Assembly: GCF_003367075.2 (NCBI RefSeq)
Contig: NZ_CP065936.1
Span: forward strand, 1,830,001 to 1,862,000
Reading direction: 5' to 3'
Length of the DNA: 32,000 nt
From: Cylindrospermopsis raciborskii Cr2010
GTDB lineage: Bacteria; Cyanobacteriota; Cyanobacteriia; Cyanobacteriales; Nostocaceae
Of the stretch, positions 22,205-30,233 are shown in pieces (positions within the stretch are counted from its first letter, which is position 1; the number at the start of each line of letters is the position of its first letter). A program made the translations under genes and the position numbers. Below the pieces are notes generated by a model. That model made no database searches. It was given only the letters and a program-made list of their open reading frames with translations, and was not told where the DNA came from.

Positions 22205-24727
22205 TTAAAAATCAAAGTCACTGGTGAACGAGCGGCGCATGGTATAAGAAAGGTGTTTATACTTCTTATGTTGAGATGTGCCGGGTAGTTTTTCGTTAAG
22301 GCGCAAGTAGACCTCTTGTCCATTGGCTTCATCCGCTTTGCGTGTTAGGGTGAAGGTGACGGAAATTTCCCTATCTCTGGGATTTTCTGATTCTAGGTCA
22401 AAGGTGAGGTCATGGGAGTCGGAGATCAGTTCCTCTGTCTGAGTATAGATTCCAGCTTGCAGAAACCGGGGGTGTACTTTTTCTGTAACTGCTTGTGTCT
22501 GGTATATAACTACAGTCAGTTGGGTGGCTGTGATAATAGAACTAGCTCCCCGGAGAATTTCCACTTCCACCATAGTGATATCACTGGTTCGCTTCTTGTG
22601 GATCTTCACAATAGGAATCACCACTTCTTGCAGGGAGGCGCCACCATGGACGTAACGACTTCCCGAACCTTTAAGACGGAGACGGTTGATTGATTTGGGG
22701 ATCTGCACTTCTAGTTCCCCTTGTAGACCAAGCTGATTGGAAGTAAATTTACGTAGGCTGGGGGTCTTTTTTAGTCCCTTACCCAGGACGAAGCGGCGGT
22801 TTTTAAACAGGATCTGTTCCCCCTGGGGTTCATCACTGGCAAAATCACTATCTTCGATCGCCCGTTTCTGGTAGATAAATCCGTGGTCTGCTGTTACCAA
22901 TATATTACTAGCATTTGCACTGGTTAGTTTCTTAATCAGCTTGATGAGTTGATCTAGGGTTTCTTCAACCGCATCAAAAACTCGGGACTCTGATTCTCGT
23001 TTATCACCTATGGCATCAATGTGGTTATGATACACATAGACCAAATCATGGTCACGGAAGAGTGTGCGACGATCGTCTGAGCTTAGTTCTCTTAGATCTT
23101 CTGCGGTTATGGCAGTGGCACGTTTGGAATGTCCGCGTTTGATTTGTTTTTTACGATTTTCGGTTCCCATGGAACTTTGAGAATCTACTAAAACCGAACC
23201 ATCATTAGCTAGGGCGAGAGTGCTATGGGGGAGTAAGGCAGCCATACCAAGCTGAGTATAGCTGGGGAGCATGGCCATGGCTGATTCTAGGGTGGCTTCG
23301 TAACGATCTTCTTGGCGGATTAAGCTGATCAGTTCATCACCAATTTCAAAGCGCAAAGCATCGGAGATAATTACAAATATTTTCTTATCTGTGTTGAGAA
23401 AGGGCAGTACCCAGTGGTGAAAAAATTTATTTTGGAGATAGATATATGGTGCAGACCAACTCGTAGTCTGATCAACCCATGATTGCCAGTGATCATTCAG
23501 CTTTAAGAGGTAATTGTTAGCGTAAAGGTTTTCTATCAAATCAACTAATCCTCCCATAAATGAACAGTCTGGGACTCGGCCTAGATGGTAGATAGTTTTG
23601 CGGTAAAGCTGGTCGATGCGAAACCATGATTTAGCGTATTTTTCCACCCCTTCAGCTAGGGATTCTATGGTAAAGCATGCCCTATCTAACTCCTGTATAA
23701 ACTTAGCTGCGGCCCCAACACATTCGTAGTAGTGTTGAAACTCTTCATACCAATGGCTTTGCTTGCGCCGCCATATCCACTGAGCAACATCACTACCAAG
23801 TAAAGTTCTCTGCTCCACACCGCGCACCAGTTCGCTCAATATTCTTTGGTCAATTAGGCGGAAGTAGTCCACATCGAGCAGTTCCCCAATCTCTCTTTCT
23901 CCTAGGTCATGTTCAATGCCAAGGTCTTTAGCACACCAGCTGGATAAAGTCTCGAAGGAATGTTGACATTTAATGCTATCCTTCCATCGTTTGAGAAATA
24001 CCACAGCGTCGGAGGAGAGGTTTTGAGTTCCTTTGGGGGTGGAGGCAAAGTTTTCAAAATAGCAGTAGCTGAAGAGTTGGAGAGCAAAATCCTTCATACT
24101 TGGTTTGGCACAGCTGTAACCATAGCAGTTCTTCATCTGCTCCCAAAAATACTGCTCTAGCTCGCACCGTACCATCAGGCGATATTTATCCCCAATTTGA
24201 CCTTTCTCATACTGGGCACAGTCACTAGAAAGCTCCCCTAAAAGTTGTTCCAGAATCGCTTCCAATCGTGAGTCCGACCCACAGCCGGTGCAGACAGCTA
24301 ACATCTTTAATTGGATTTGAGTGATAGTATCGTGGGATGTAATCAATCGTTTAAGCAACTCCCTCCGCTCAGAGGATTGGAAAAAGGCAATGTGACCTTG
24401 CACCAAATGGGTAAACTCCCTACTTAGTTCCAGTTCGGCGAGCCATAGAGAAGTCTGGTCAGCACGAAACTCTGTGTGGGCCAGTTGAACATCCAGCAAC
24501 CAGTTTTCTAGGTCAGGGGGTTGAGGTCCTTCTTGATAGAGTAGGAACTTACTTTTCGGTTCCTGGTGCAGGATACGGTACTTAACGGCGAACTGGTTGT
24601 TGGTAAGTTCTATTTTCTCTACACCACCCAAAAATTCCCGGACAAGTTCCGGTTTGGCATCATACCAGAACACAATGCGGTGTTTTTCAAAGAGTTTGGT
24701 GAGGGACTGGTTAATTCGGTTAATCAT
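22205..24727 (-). CDS. pglZ: BREX alkaline-phosphatase-superfamily protein PglZ
   Basis: 840 aa. The N-terminus (RIVFWYDAKPE...NNQFAVKYRILHQEPKSKFLLYQEGPQPPDLENWLLDVQLA) is typical of type-1 BREX PglZ. The PglZ domain carries VIISDALRFEIGDEL and VTADHGF. Confidence 0.93.
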   Translation of the reverse strand: MINRINQSLTKLFEKHRIVFWYDAKPELVREFLGGVEKIELTNNQFAVKYRILHQEPKSKFLLYQEGPQPPDLENWLLDVQLAHTEFRADQTSLWLAELELSREFTHLVQGHIAFFQSSERRELLKRLITSHDTITQIQLKMLAVCTGCGSDSRLEAILEQLLGELSSDCAQYEKGQIGDKYRLMVRCELEQYFWEQMKNCYGYSCAKPSMKDFALQLFSYCYFENFASTPKGTQNLSSDAVVFLKRWKDSIKCQHSFETLSSWCAKDLGIEHDLGEREIGELLDVDYFRLIDQRILSELVRGVEQRTLLGSDVAQWIWRRKQSHWYEEFQHYYECVGAAAKFIQELDRACFTIESLAEGVEKYAKSWFRIDQLYRKTIYHLGRVPDCSFMGGLVDLIENLYANNYLLKLNDHWQSWVDQTTSWSAPYIYLQNKFFHHWVLPFLNTDKKIFVIISDALRFEIGDELISLIRQEDRYEATLESAMAMLPSYTQLGMAALLPHSTLALANDGSVLVDSQSSMGTENRKKQIKRGHSKRATAITAEDLRELSSDDRRTLFRDHDLVYVYHNHIDAIGDKRESESRVFDAVEETLDQLIKLIKKLTSANASNILVTADHGFIYQKRAIEDSDFASDEPQGEQILFKNRRFVLGKGLKKTPSLRKFTSNQLGLQGELEVQIPKSINRLRLKGSGSRYVHGGASLQEVVIPIVKIHKKRTSDITMVEVEILRGASSIITATQLTVVIYQTQAVTEKVHPRFLQAGIYTQTEELISDSHDLTFDLESENPRDREISVTFTLTRKADEANGQEVYLRLNEKLPGTSQHKKYKHLSYTMRRSFTSDFDF

Positions 24728-25166
24728 AAATGCCCTCCAGCAGGTTAGAAATCGCTTCTGAGGAAGGTAATTGACCTTTTAGTTCCTTTATTCGGGGGAT
24801 AATGGCTTTTTCTAGTTCCCATGCAATTTCTCCAACCAGTGGTTGGAGTTTTTCATCCCCACTAAACTCCAGGTAATATTGGCGCATATACCAGAGATTT
24901 TGTACGGAAAACCCTCTGATACCGGGGAATTTTTCCTGGAGATCAGCAGATAGCCTTTCTACCACGGATTTCCCCCATCCACTATCTTTTTGTCGCTCCA
25001 CGATCATTTTGCCCATGTCCCAATATAATCCTACCAGCTGGGTATTTACGGCTTTGAGAGCTGCATACTGGGCTGTGCGAACTCGTTCTTTGACCTCTAG
25101 TAGGAGTTGGGAATACTCGACTGGAGATAGAGTTGATTGGATATCTTTCTTAGATTTCTCAGCCAT
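24720..25166 (-). CDS. DUF1016 (YhcG-like) N-terminal-domain protein lacking the PD-(D/E)xK nuclease domain
   Basis: 148 aa. VKERVRTAQYAALKAVNTQLVGLYWDMGKMIVERQ...WGKSVVERLSADLQEKFPGIRGFSVQNLWYMRQYY matches the DUF1016 N-terminal helical region. Homology ends at GEIAW and no nuclease core follows. It overlaps the pglX stop by 1 nt and the pglZ start by 8 nt. Confidence 0.65.
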   Translation of the reverse strand: MAEKSKKDIQSTLSPVEYSQLLLEVKERVRTAQYAALKAVNTQLVGLYWDMGKMIVERQKDSGWGKSVVERLSADLQEKFPGIRGFSVQNLWYMRQYYLEFSGDEKLQPLVGEIAWELEKAIIPRIKELKGQLPSSEAISNLLEGIYD

Positions 25167-26802
25167 TAGTCCTCCTCTTTTGTCTCCAATCCCGGGATTT
25201 TCTTTAAAGCTAACCCAAATTTTGGGTAATTTGCCTTGACACCGTCATCCAGGTCAATGTGGATTTGCTCTATGGCCAGGGGATAGAGGATCTCTCGTTC
25301 GTAGTCATCGAGCTCTTCGATTATGGTAGCAAGTTTGTTGATTTCTTTGACTGCTTTGGTTTTCTCTGACTGGGAGGCATCAGCACTTACTTCAACTCGT
25401 TTGAGGTGATTTTGACGGGCTTCTAGTTTGGCTCGGAATTCCCGCAGGTAATCGTTTAGCACTATACTGACTGTATCTGGGCGATAGCGGTGTAGGTAGA
25501 TGAGGGCGTTGAAGTTGCTTTTGGGGGAGGAGAAAAGCCAGTAGATGGGGCGTTTTTTGTAGCGTTTGACGTGGTCGTTGTAGAAGTCTTTGAGGAAGTA
25601 TTTGCGGATATCTTTGCCTAGGGCTTTTTCGATGAATTTTAGGTTTTCTTCGTAGTGTTGTTCACCAAAGGTAAGGCGCAGGAATTGGCGGAAGCGATCG
25701 CTCATATCGTCGGTGAACCATTGGCCATCGAGAATGGGGATAACGTTGGTTTTTGTGGGGGTAAAGGTGGGATTGGGGATTTGTTGGAGGTAGTCTGGGA
25801 GGGTTTCTCCTTGGTTGGCGAGGATGAGTCCTGGTTGGTCGAGGGAGTAGCGTCCAAACATGCACCCTACTGCGTAGGAGATGTATTCTTTAATGGTGTC
25901 GGCGAGGAGAAGGGTTTCTAGTTCTGTTTGGGGTTTGGTGTGGTCGTAGCGGTAGTGGGGGTTACAGGTGAGGGTGATTTCGTTCAGGGGAACTTCGGGG
26001 GTGAGTTCGTCTTGGAGTCCGTACGCCAAGATAAATATGCGGTTATTTTCTTCTTCTAGGCGTTGCATTTCTAGGGTTGTTTGCTGCCATTGATGGCGGA
26101 GTTTTTGGTAGGTGGTTTGGAGGGTGGGTTGGCGGTAGCTGGGGTCGAGGAGGGGGAGTTTGGTGAAGTCCCAGGAGGTTTCATAGGAGTCCCAGTCGCG
26201 CATCTCTACCAAAATTAAACTTAATGTTGTATTAATAACAGTATGCACTTGACTCACTATTATTGGCAGATCCCTCACATTTTTTATTTGCAGGTTCAAT
26301 GTAGGATTAAGTGTTTTATTCAAAACTCGTGCCACTTTGCTGTTCAAGAATGCTATTAAATACTCTAAAGGATGTTCATCCTTAATAAAAACAGTTGAAC
26401 CACCTTTATCAAAGGTCTCATCTTCTACAAGCAGACGGAAACTTTGTTTTGCTGATGTTATTAACGTCCAAGTAATACCTTTTCTGTACCAAAGATACTC
26501 TGCAATAATTCGGCAGCTTGGGTCTTGTCGATAATGTGTCCTTGCAGATTCAGACCAGTTGACTATATGCTCCCTATTCCCATACCATTTTCTGTAATCA
26601 CCACCTTTTGCATATGAAAGCCACTTTTTGTTTCTACCTATTAATGAAGCAGAAACCTCCCATGTATTTCTAACAAACTTGTCATTGTTAGCTGTTATGT
26701 TTTGCCCTTCAGAAATCGTCCATTCTTCCACCCGCTCTGAACTAAACGCATTTATGATATTTTCACTCACCCAATAGGCGATCGGACTCCCCGGAATCTT
26801 CT
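25166..26802 (-). pseudogene. pglX: pglX (BREX N6-adenine methyltransferase), C-terminal part downstream of the IS insertion
   Basis: KKIPGSPIAYWVS..., ...HVKRYKKRPIYWLFSSPKSNFNALIYLHRYRPDT...IDLDDGVKANYPKFG is the conserved PglX C-terminal region. The first 17 residues of the track ORF (MRLIGSIIVVYLHENCC) are read from the IS inverted repeat and are not genuine. Confidence 0.9.
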
Positions 26803-26813
26803 TACAGCAGTTT

Positions 26814-27317
26814 TCATGTAAATAAACCACAATGATTGAACCAATTAAGCGCATCCTCTGCTGTAATATAATTTACTGCACTTGTCATGGCCTCATTTAG
26901 GGCTTCTAATGTTCGTGCCTCCCGACTACGGAGAAATTGCTTTAATTTTGACCAACACAATTCTATCGGAGATAAGTCTGGAGAATAGGGGGGTAAAAAC
27001 TTAACTTTTGCACCGACTGATTCAATTGACAATCTCACGCGCTCGGCATAATGAACCTTTAAATTATCCATAACAACAATAGCCCCTTTCCATAATTGAG
27101 GTACTAAAACCTGATTTACATAAGTGAGAAATACTTCTGTATTTGTGCTTCCCTCTACAGTCATTGCTGCCAGAATTCCATCCATATTTAAAGCCCCAAT
27201 CAGAGAAATATTTTTGCCCTTGTTTCCTGGTACGCTACCAATTGCTCTTTGTCCATCTTGGCTTCTGGCAAACAACCTTGACATCCCTAAATTTATCCCC
27301 GATTCATCTAAAAACAC
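26814..27317 (-). CDS. IS630-family transposase, DDE catalytic part (orfB)
   Basis: LDESG, VMDNLKVH and SPDLSPIELCWSKLK make up the DDE triad. The frame stays open upstream through the A8 run (...KKSLNASEQETPRVQELRHDYRRWVDTVDIRNLVFLDES) and is +1 relative to orfA. Confidence 0.85.
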   Translation of the reverse strand: MFLDESGINLGMSRLFARSQDGQRAIGSVPGNKGKNISLIGALNMDGILAAMTVEGSTNTEVFLTYVNQVLVPQLWKGAIVVMDNLKVHYAERVRLSIESVGAKVKFLPPYSPDLSPIELCWSKLKQFLRSREARTLEALNEAMTSAVNYITAEDALNWFNHCGLFT

Positions 27318-27393
27318 TAAATTTCTAATATCAACTGTATCTACCCAACGACGATAATCATGCCTTAATTCTTGAACACGTGGAGTCTCCTGT

Positions 27394-27762
27394 TCACTGG
27401 CATTTAGACTTTTTTTTATGACGTAGACCCAACTTTTCTAAGGCTCGATGCATGGTTGTGATACTAACACTAGTGCCCGTCGTTTCTCTCAGGCGATCGC
27501 ACAATTCTGAAAGTAGTAAATCATTTTTCTCATCCAGCCAAGACTTGATCATGTTTAAATATTGGCCTGCAATTACAGGCTTTTCATATCCTCCACATTG
27601 CTTTGGCTCAACTTGCCCAGTTTCACGATAACGACGTACTAAATTTCTCACAAATGATAAGCTGACCTTGAATCTTTCTGCCAACTGGCGTTGAGATCCC
27701 TCTTGAGCAACCCATGCTACAATCACGCGATTACGCAAATCTATTGAATAAGGTTTTGGCAT
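27394..27762 (-). CDS. IS630-family transposase, N-terminal HTH part (orfA)
   Basis: 122 aa. MPKPYSIDLRNRVI...GSQRQLAERFKVSLSFVRNLVRRYRETG is the typical IS630 helix-turn-helix region. It ends just after an A8 run (27410-27417). Confidence 0.85.
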   Translation of the reverse strand: MPKPYSIDLRNRVIVAWVAQEGSQRQLAERFKVSLSFVRNLVRRYRETGQVEPKQCGGYEKPVIAGQYLNMIKSWLDEKNDLLLSELCDRLRETTGTSVSITTMHRALEKLGLRHKKKSKCQ

Positions 27763-27853
27763 ATAATTTGACAGTACTTCTACTCTATTTTAGTTTATTA
27801 CCCTTATTATAGCTTATCTTATTTTGTAGTTTAACTACATGAAAATTGCTGTA

Positions 27854-29691
27854 AAATCAGCAGCAGAAGCACGGAAAAACCAACCGCAATTGGGATTTTT
27901 AATGGCTTCACGAAGCGCAGACTCCTTCTCTCCTTCGGAGTTGCCATCAACTAAACGTACATAACTTCCTTTATATTCAGAATCATTGCTATTCGCTAAA
28001 ACAAAGGCAGTTGTGGATACAACCTCACCCCCAATACTGTCAAACCCTCTTGCGCCAAGATGGGCCATGGAAAGGAGAGTATCTTGACCCAAAATACCCG
28101 CTCGAAGTTTTTCAAATGAGGAGAGAAACATCCAACTCTGCATGGTTATCATCGCAACCAAACCGTGCTTTCTCGCAAGTTGCAGATTGCGCTCAATAAA
28201 CACAGCAAATAAATCCCCCTTGCTGTCAGGATAATTATCTTTAACCCACGCCCCCAACCTGCTATTCATCCCCTTCCCACCCATATAGGGGGGATTAGCC
28301 ACCACTACATGATACTTAGAACTCAAATAATCTGCCTGCTTTAACACTTGCAAAACCTTCTGATGGGTCTGGTAAAAAAGCAGTTGCCCAGAAACATTCT
28401 TCCCTTTCAACATGGCCACTATCCCTCCCACATCTGTCGCTGTGGGACGAATGAGAGAGCCAAAATTATCAGCCTCTTCAAACTCATGTAGGGTGCTTTG
28501 CACCTTATATGTAAACAGATCCCGCCCTATAAAATCCATGTACCTCTTTAGCTCATCCTTCTCAAATATCACCTTTTGTAATACGCAAATATTCGGTTGG
28601 AAAGGCTTACGCAAGAACCGCCGATATTTCTCCCGGGCCTTCATCACCAATGCAAACGCTGCCAACTCCCCTGCTCGTTCATCAATTTCCACACCATAAA
28701 GGTTATGGGTGAGAATCTTACCAGGAATCTCAGATGGTTCATAACCTTCCTCTTCATAAATGGCATACAGCAGCTCAAAGGCATATACCAATATATGTCC
28801 GCTACCGCAGGCCGGATCACATATCTTAATCTCCTCCGGATTTTCAATGGGGAGAAAATCAGATTCAGGTACTTCTGGTTTGATATAATATTCCATGCGC
28901 TCCACCAATGGAGAATGGGGACGATTCAGCATCCACAACCGACCCAAGGAATTTTCCACCAAATATCTAACAATCCAGTGGGGGGTAAAAAGCTGGGTCG
29001 CTGCGGGAATATTCTCTGGCGTAATCTTCTTATTCTTTTTTAATCCCTCAAATACCTCATCCTTCTTCTCCGAGATATAATACTGATACAACCATCCAAT
29101 CACCTCCACATCCTGACCAACATCAGGAGTCATAGCCTCACGGGTATAGGCGAGAATAGATTTCCCTGATAGCAAATCATCGGGTAACAACAGCTCAGTG
29201 TAATCTTGAATGCGCTGAAAAAGAAAAGGCATAGCTCCATGCCAGTAGTTACAAGCAGCTACCAGTAGGAGGCGATAGGCTTCCGTTTGTGGGTCTCGGC
29301 TGGTAGAAGTTCCGTTTAGTAAGGTCAAGACATGATTTCTAGTTTTAGCTATGGGCATCATATCCTCATCAATATGTCCCATCTTAGCTTCAGCCAAAAC
29401 CTCTGGTTGGAACTGTCCTTCCAAAGGGGATATAATGGCGGTGGTGGTGTAGCCATTTAAATCCATAAACCGCAGGGCACAGAATCGGTTAAACCAGATA
29501 TAAGCCACCTGCTCAATGACCTGTTGTTTTCCCTGTTCTTTAATTTGCTGTTCTAGCTTATCTACTGCTTCTGCGCTTTCGCGACGAGCTACACTGTCTT
29601 CAGCTATTATATGATTTAATTTACTAGAAACCTGTTCAATTAGGCTGCGACGGGCAAATTGGGCAAATCTTTTGAGTCTAGTTGTATCCAT
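27854..29691 (-). pseudogene. pglX: pglX (BREX N6-adenine methyltransferase), N-terminal part upstream of the IS insertion
   Basis: MDTTRLKRFAQFARRSLIEQV...AYIWFNRFCALRFMD, DPACGSGHIL (SAM motif I) and VVANPPYMG (NPPY motif IV). The last 6 residues of the track ORF (TAIFM*) are read from the IS end. Confidence 0.92.
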
Positions 29692-29696
29692 ATATG

Positions 29697-30233
29697 TTAA
29701 TTTTCTCTCCTTTCAGTGCTTTGATTTAGGCGTGTGACGGGCCACCCGGGGAAAGTTTCGTTCCATGTCTCCAAATTGAACACTTGACAATTTTCTACTA
29801 ATTGTCGTCTCCATCGCGGCACAGTCTTACCCATAGGAGGGATCACCTTTCTTATTTCATCTGAAAAATTATCCAGTAATACTGCATCATCCAATGTTAT
29901 AATATTGAGGTAGTCCACTGGTTTGTGAATCTTTTCTTCCGCCCAGCGATACAAGAATGAATCAACAAATTTGTTTGCAAAAGTCCTGCTGAGACTCCCA
30001 TTTTTCAATTCTTCCCAAAACTTTTCCAACCCCTTTACCTGTGCTTTTGGGTTGCCAGGATCTTTAATCTCGACAAACACGATGCGCGTTTCAAACTCAA
30101 CCACGAAATCAACACGGTACATTTCGGCTACACCATGATAGTCTGGGAGTGTTTTATCCTTCATTTGATCAAAAATTAGTGCCTCTATTGCATCAGTAAA
30201 GTCAATTTCCAAATCTCCCTCTCTCACTTTCAT
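29697..30233 (-). CDS. Small PD-(D/E)xK-like (restriction-endonuclease-fold) protein, family not recognised
   Basis: 178 aa. YRVDFVVEFETRIVFVEIKD gives D-x12-E-x-K on two predicted adjacent beta strands, preceded by an acidic helix (DAIEALIFD). Its start overlaps the ATPase stop (ATGA at 30230-30233). Its stop is 5 nt from the pglX ATG. Confidence 0.5.
   Translation of the reverse strand: MKVREGDLEIDFTDAIEALIFDQMKDKTLPDYHGVAEMYRVDFVVEFETRIVFVEIKDPGNPKAQVKGLEKFWEELKNGSLSRTFANKFVDSFLYRWAEEKIHKPVDYLNIITLDDAVLLDNFSDEIRKVIPPMGKTVPRWRRQLVENCQVFNLETWNETFPGWPVTRLNQSTERREN

Larger units (their letters stand above)
26805..27851 (-). mobile_element. IS630-family insertion sequence (1047 bp) inside pglX
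   Basis: The imperfect terminal inverted repeats are CAGCAGTTTTCATGTAAATAAACCAC (26805->) and CAGCAATTTTCATGTAGTTAAACTAC (reverse complement of <-27851). TA lies directly on both flanks (26803-26804 and 27852-27853). Internally there is a two-ORF DDE transposase. Confidence 0.92.

Noticed and set aside
24720-25166. Whether the small gene between pglX and pglZ is brxA or brxB
   Set aside because: Its sequence follows the DUF1016/YhcG N-terminal pattern instead. Its position (after pglX) also does not fit brxA/brxB.
26803-26854. Apparent N-terminus (MRLIGSIIVVYLHENCC) of the 562-aa ORF and its overlap with the transposase orfB
   Set aside because: These codons are read from the IS630 terminal inverted repeat. 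Genuine pglX sequence resumes at KKIPGSP (26802 downward).
20343-29080. Numerous 60-148-aa ORFs antisense to, or out of frame within, brxL, pglZ and pglX (e.g. 21983-22288, 22412-22693, 25655-25921, 28597-29043)
   Set aside because: Each is fully embedded in a long ORF with strong family motifs on the other strand or in another frame. None has recognisable features of its own.
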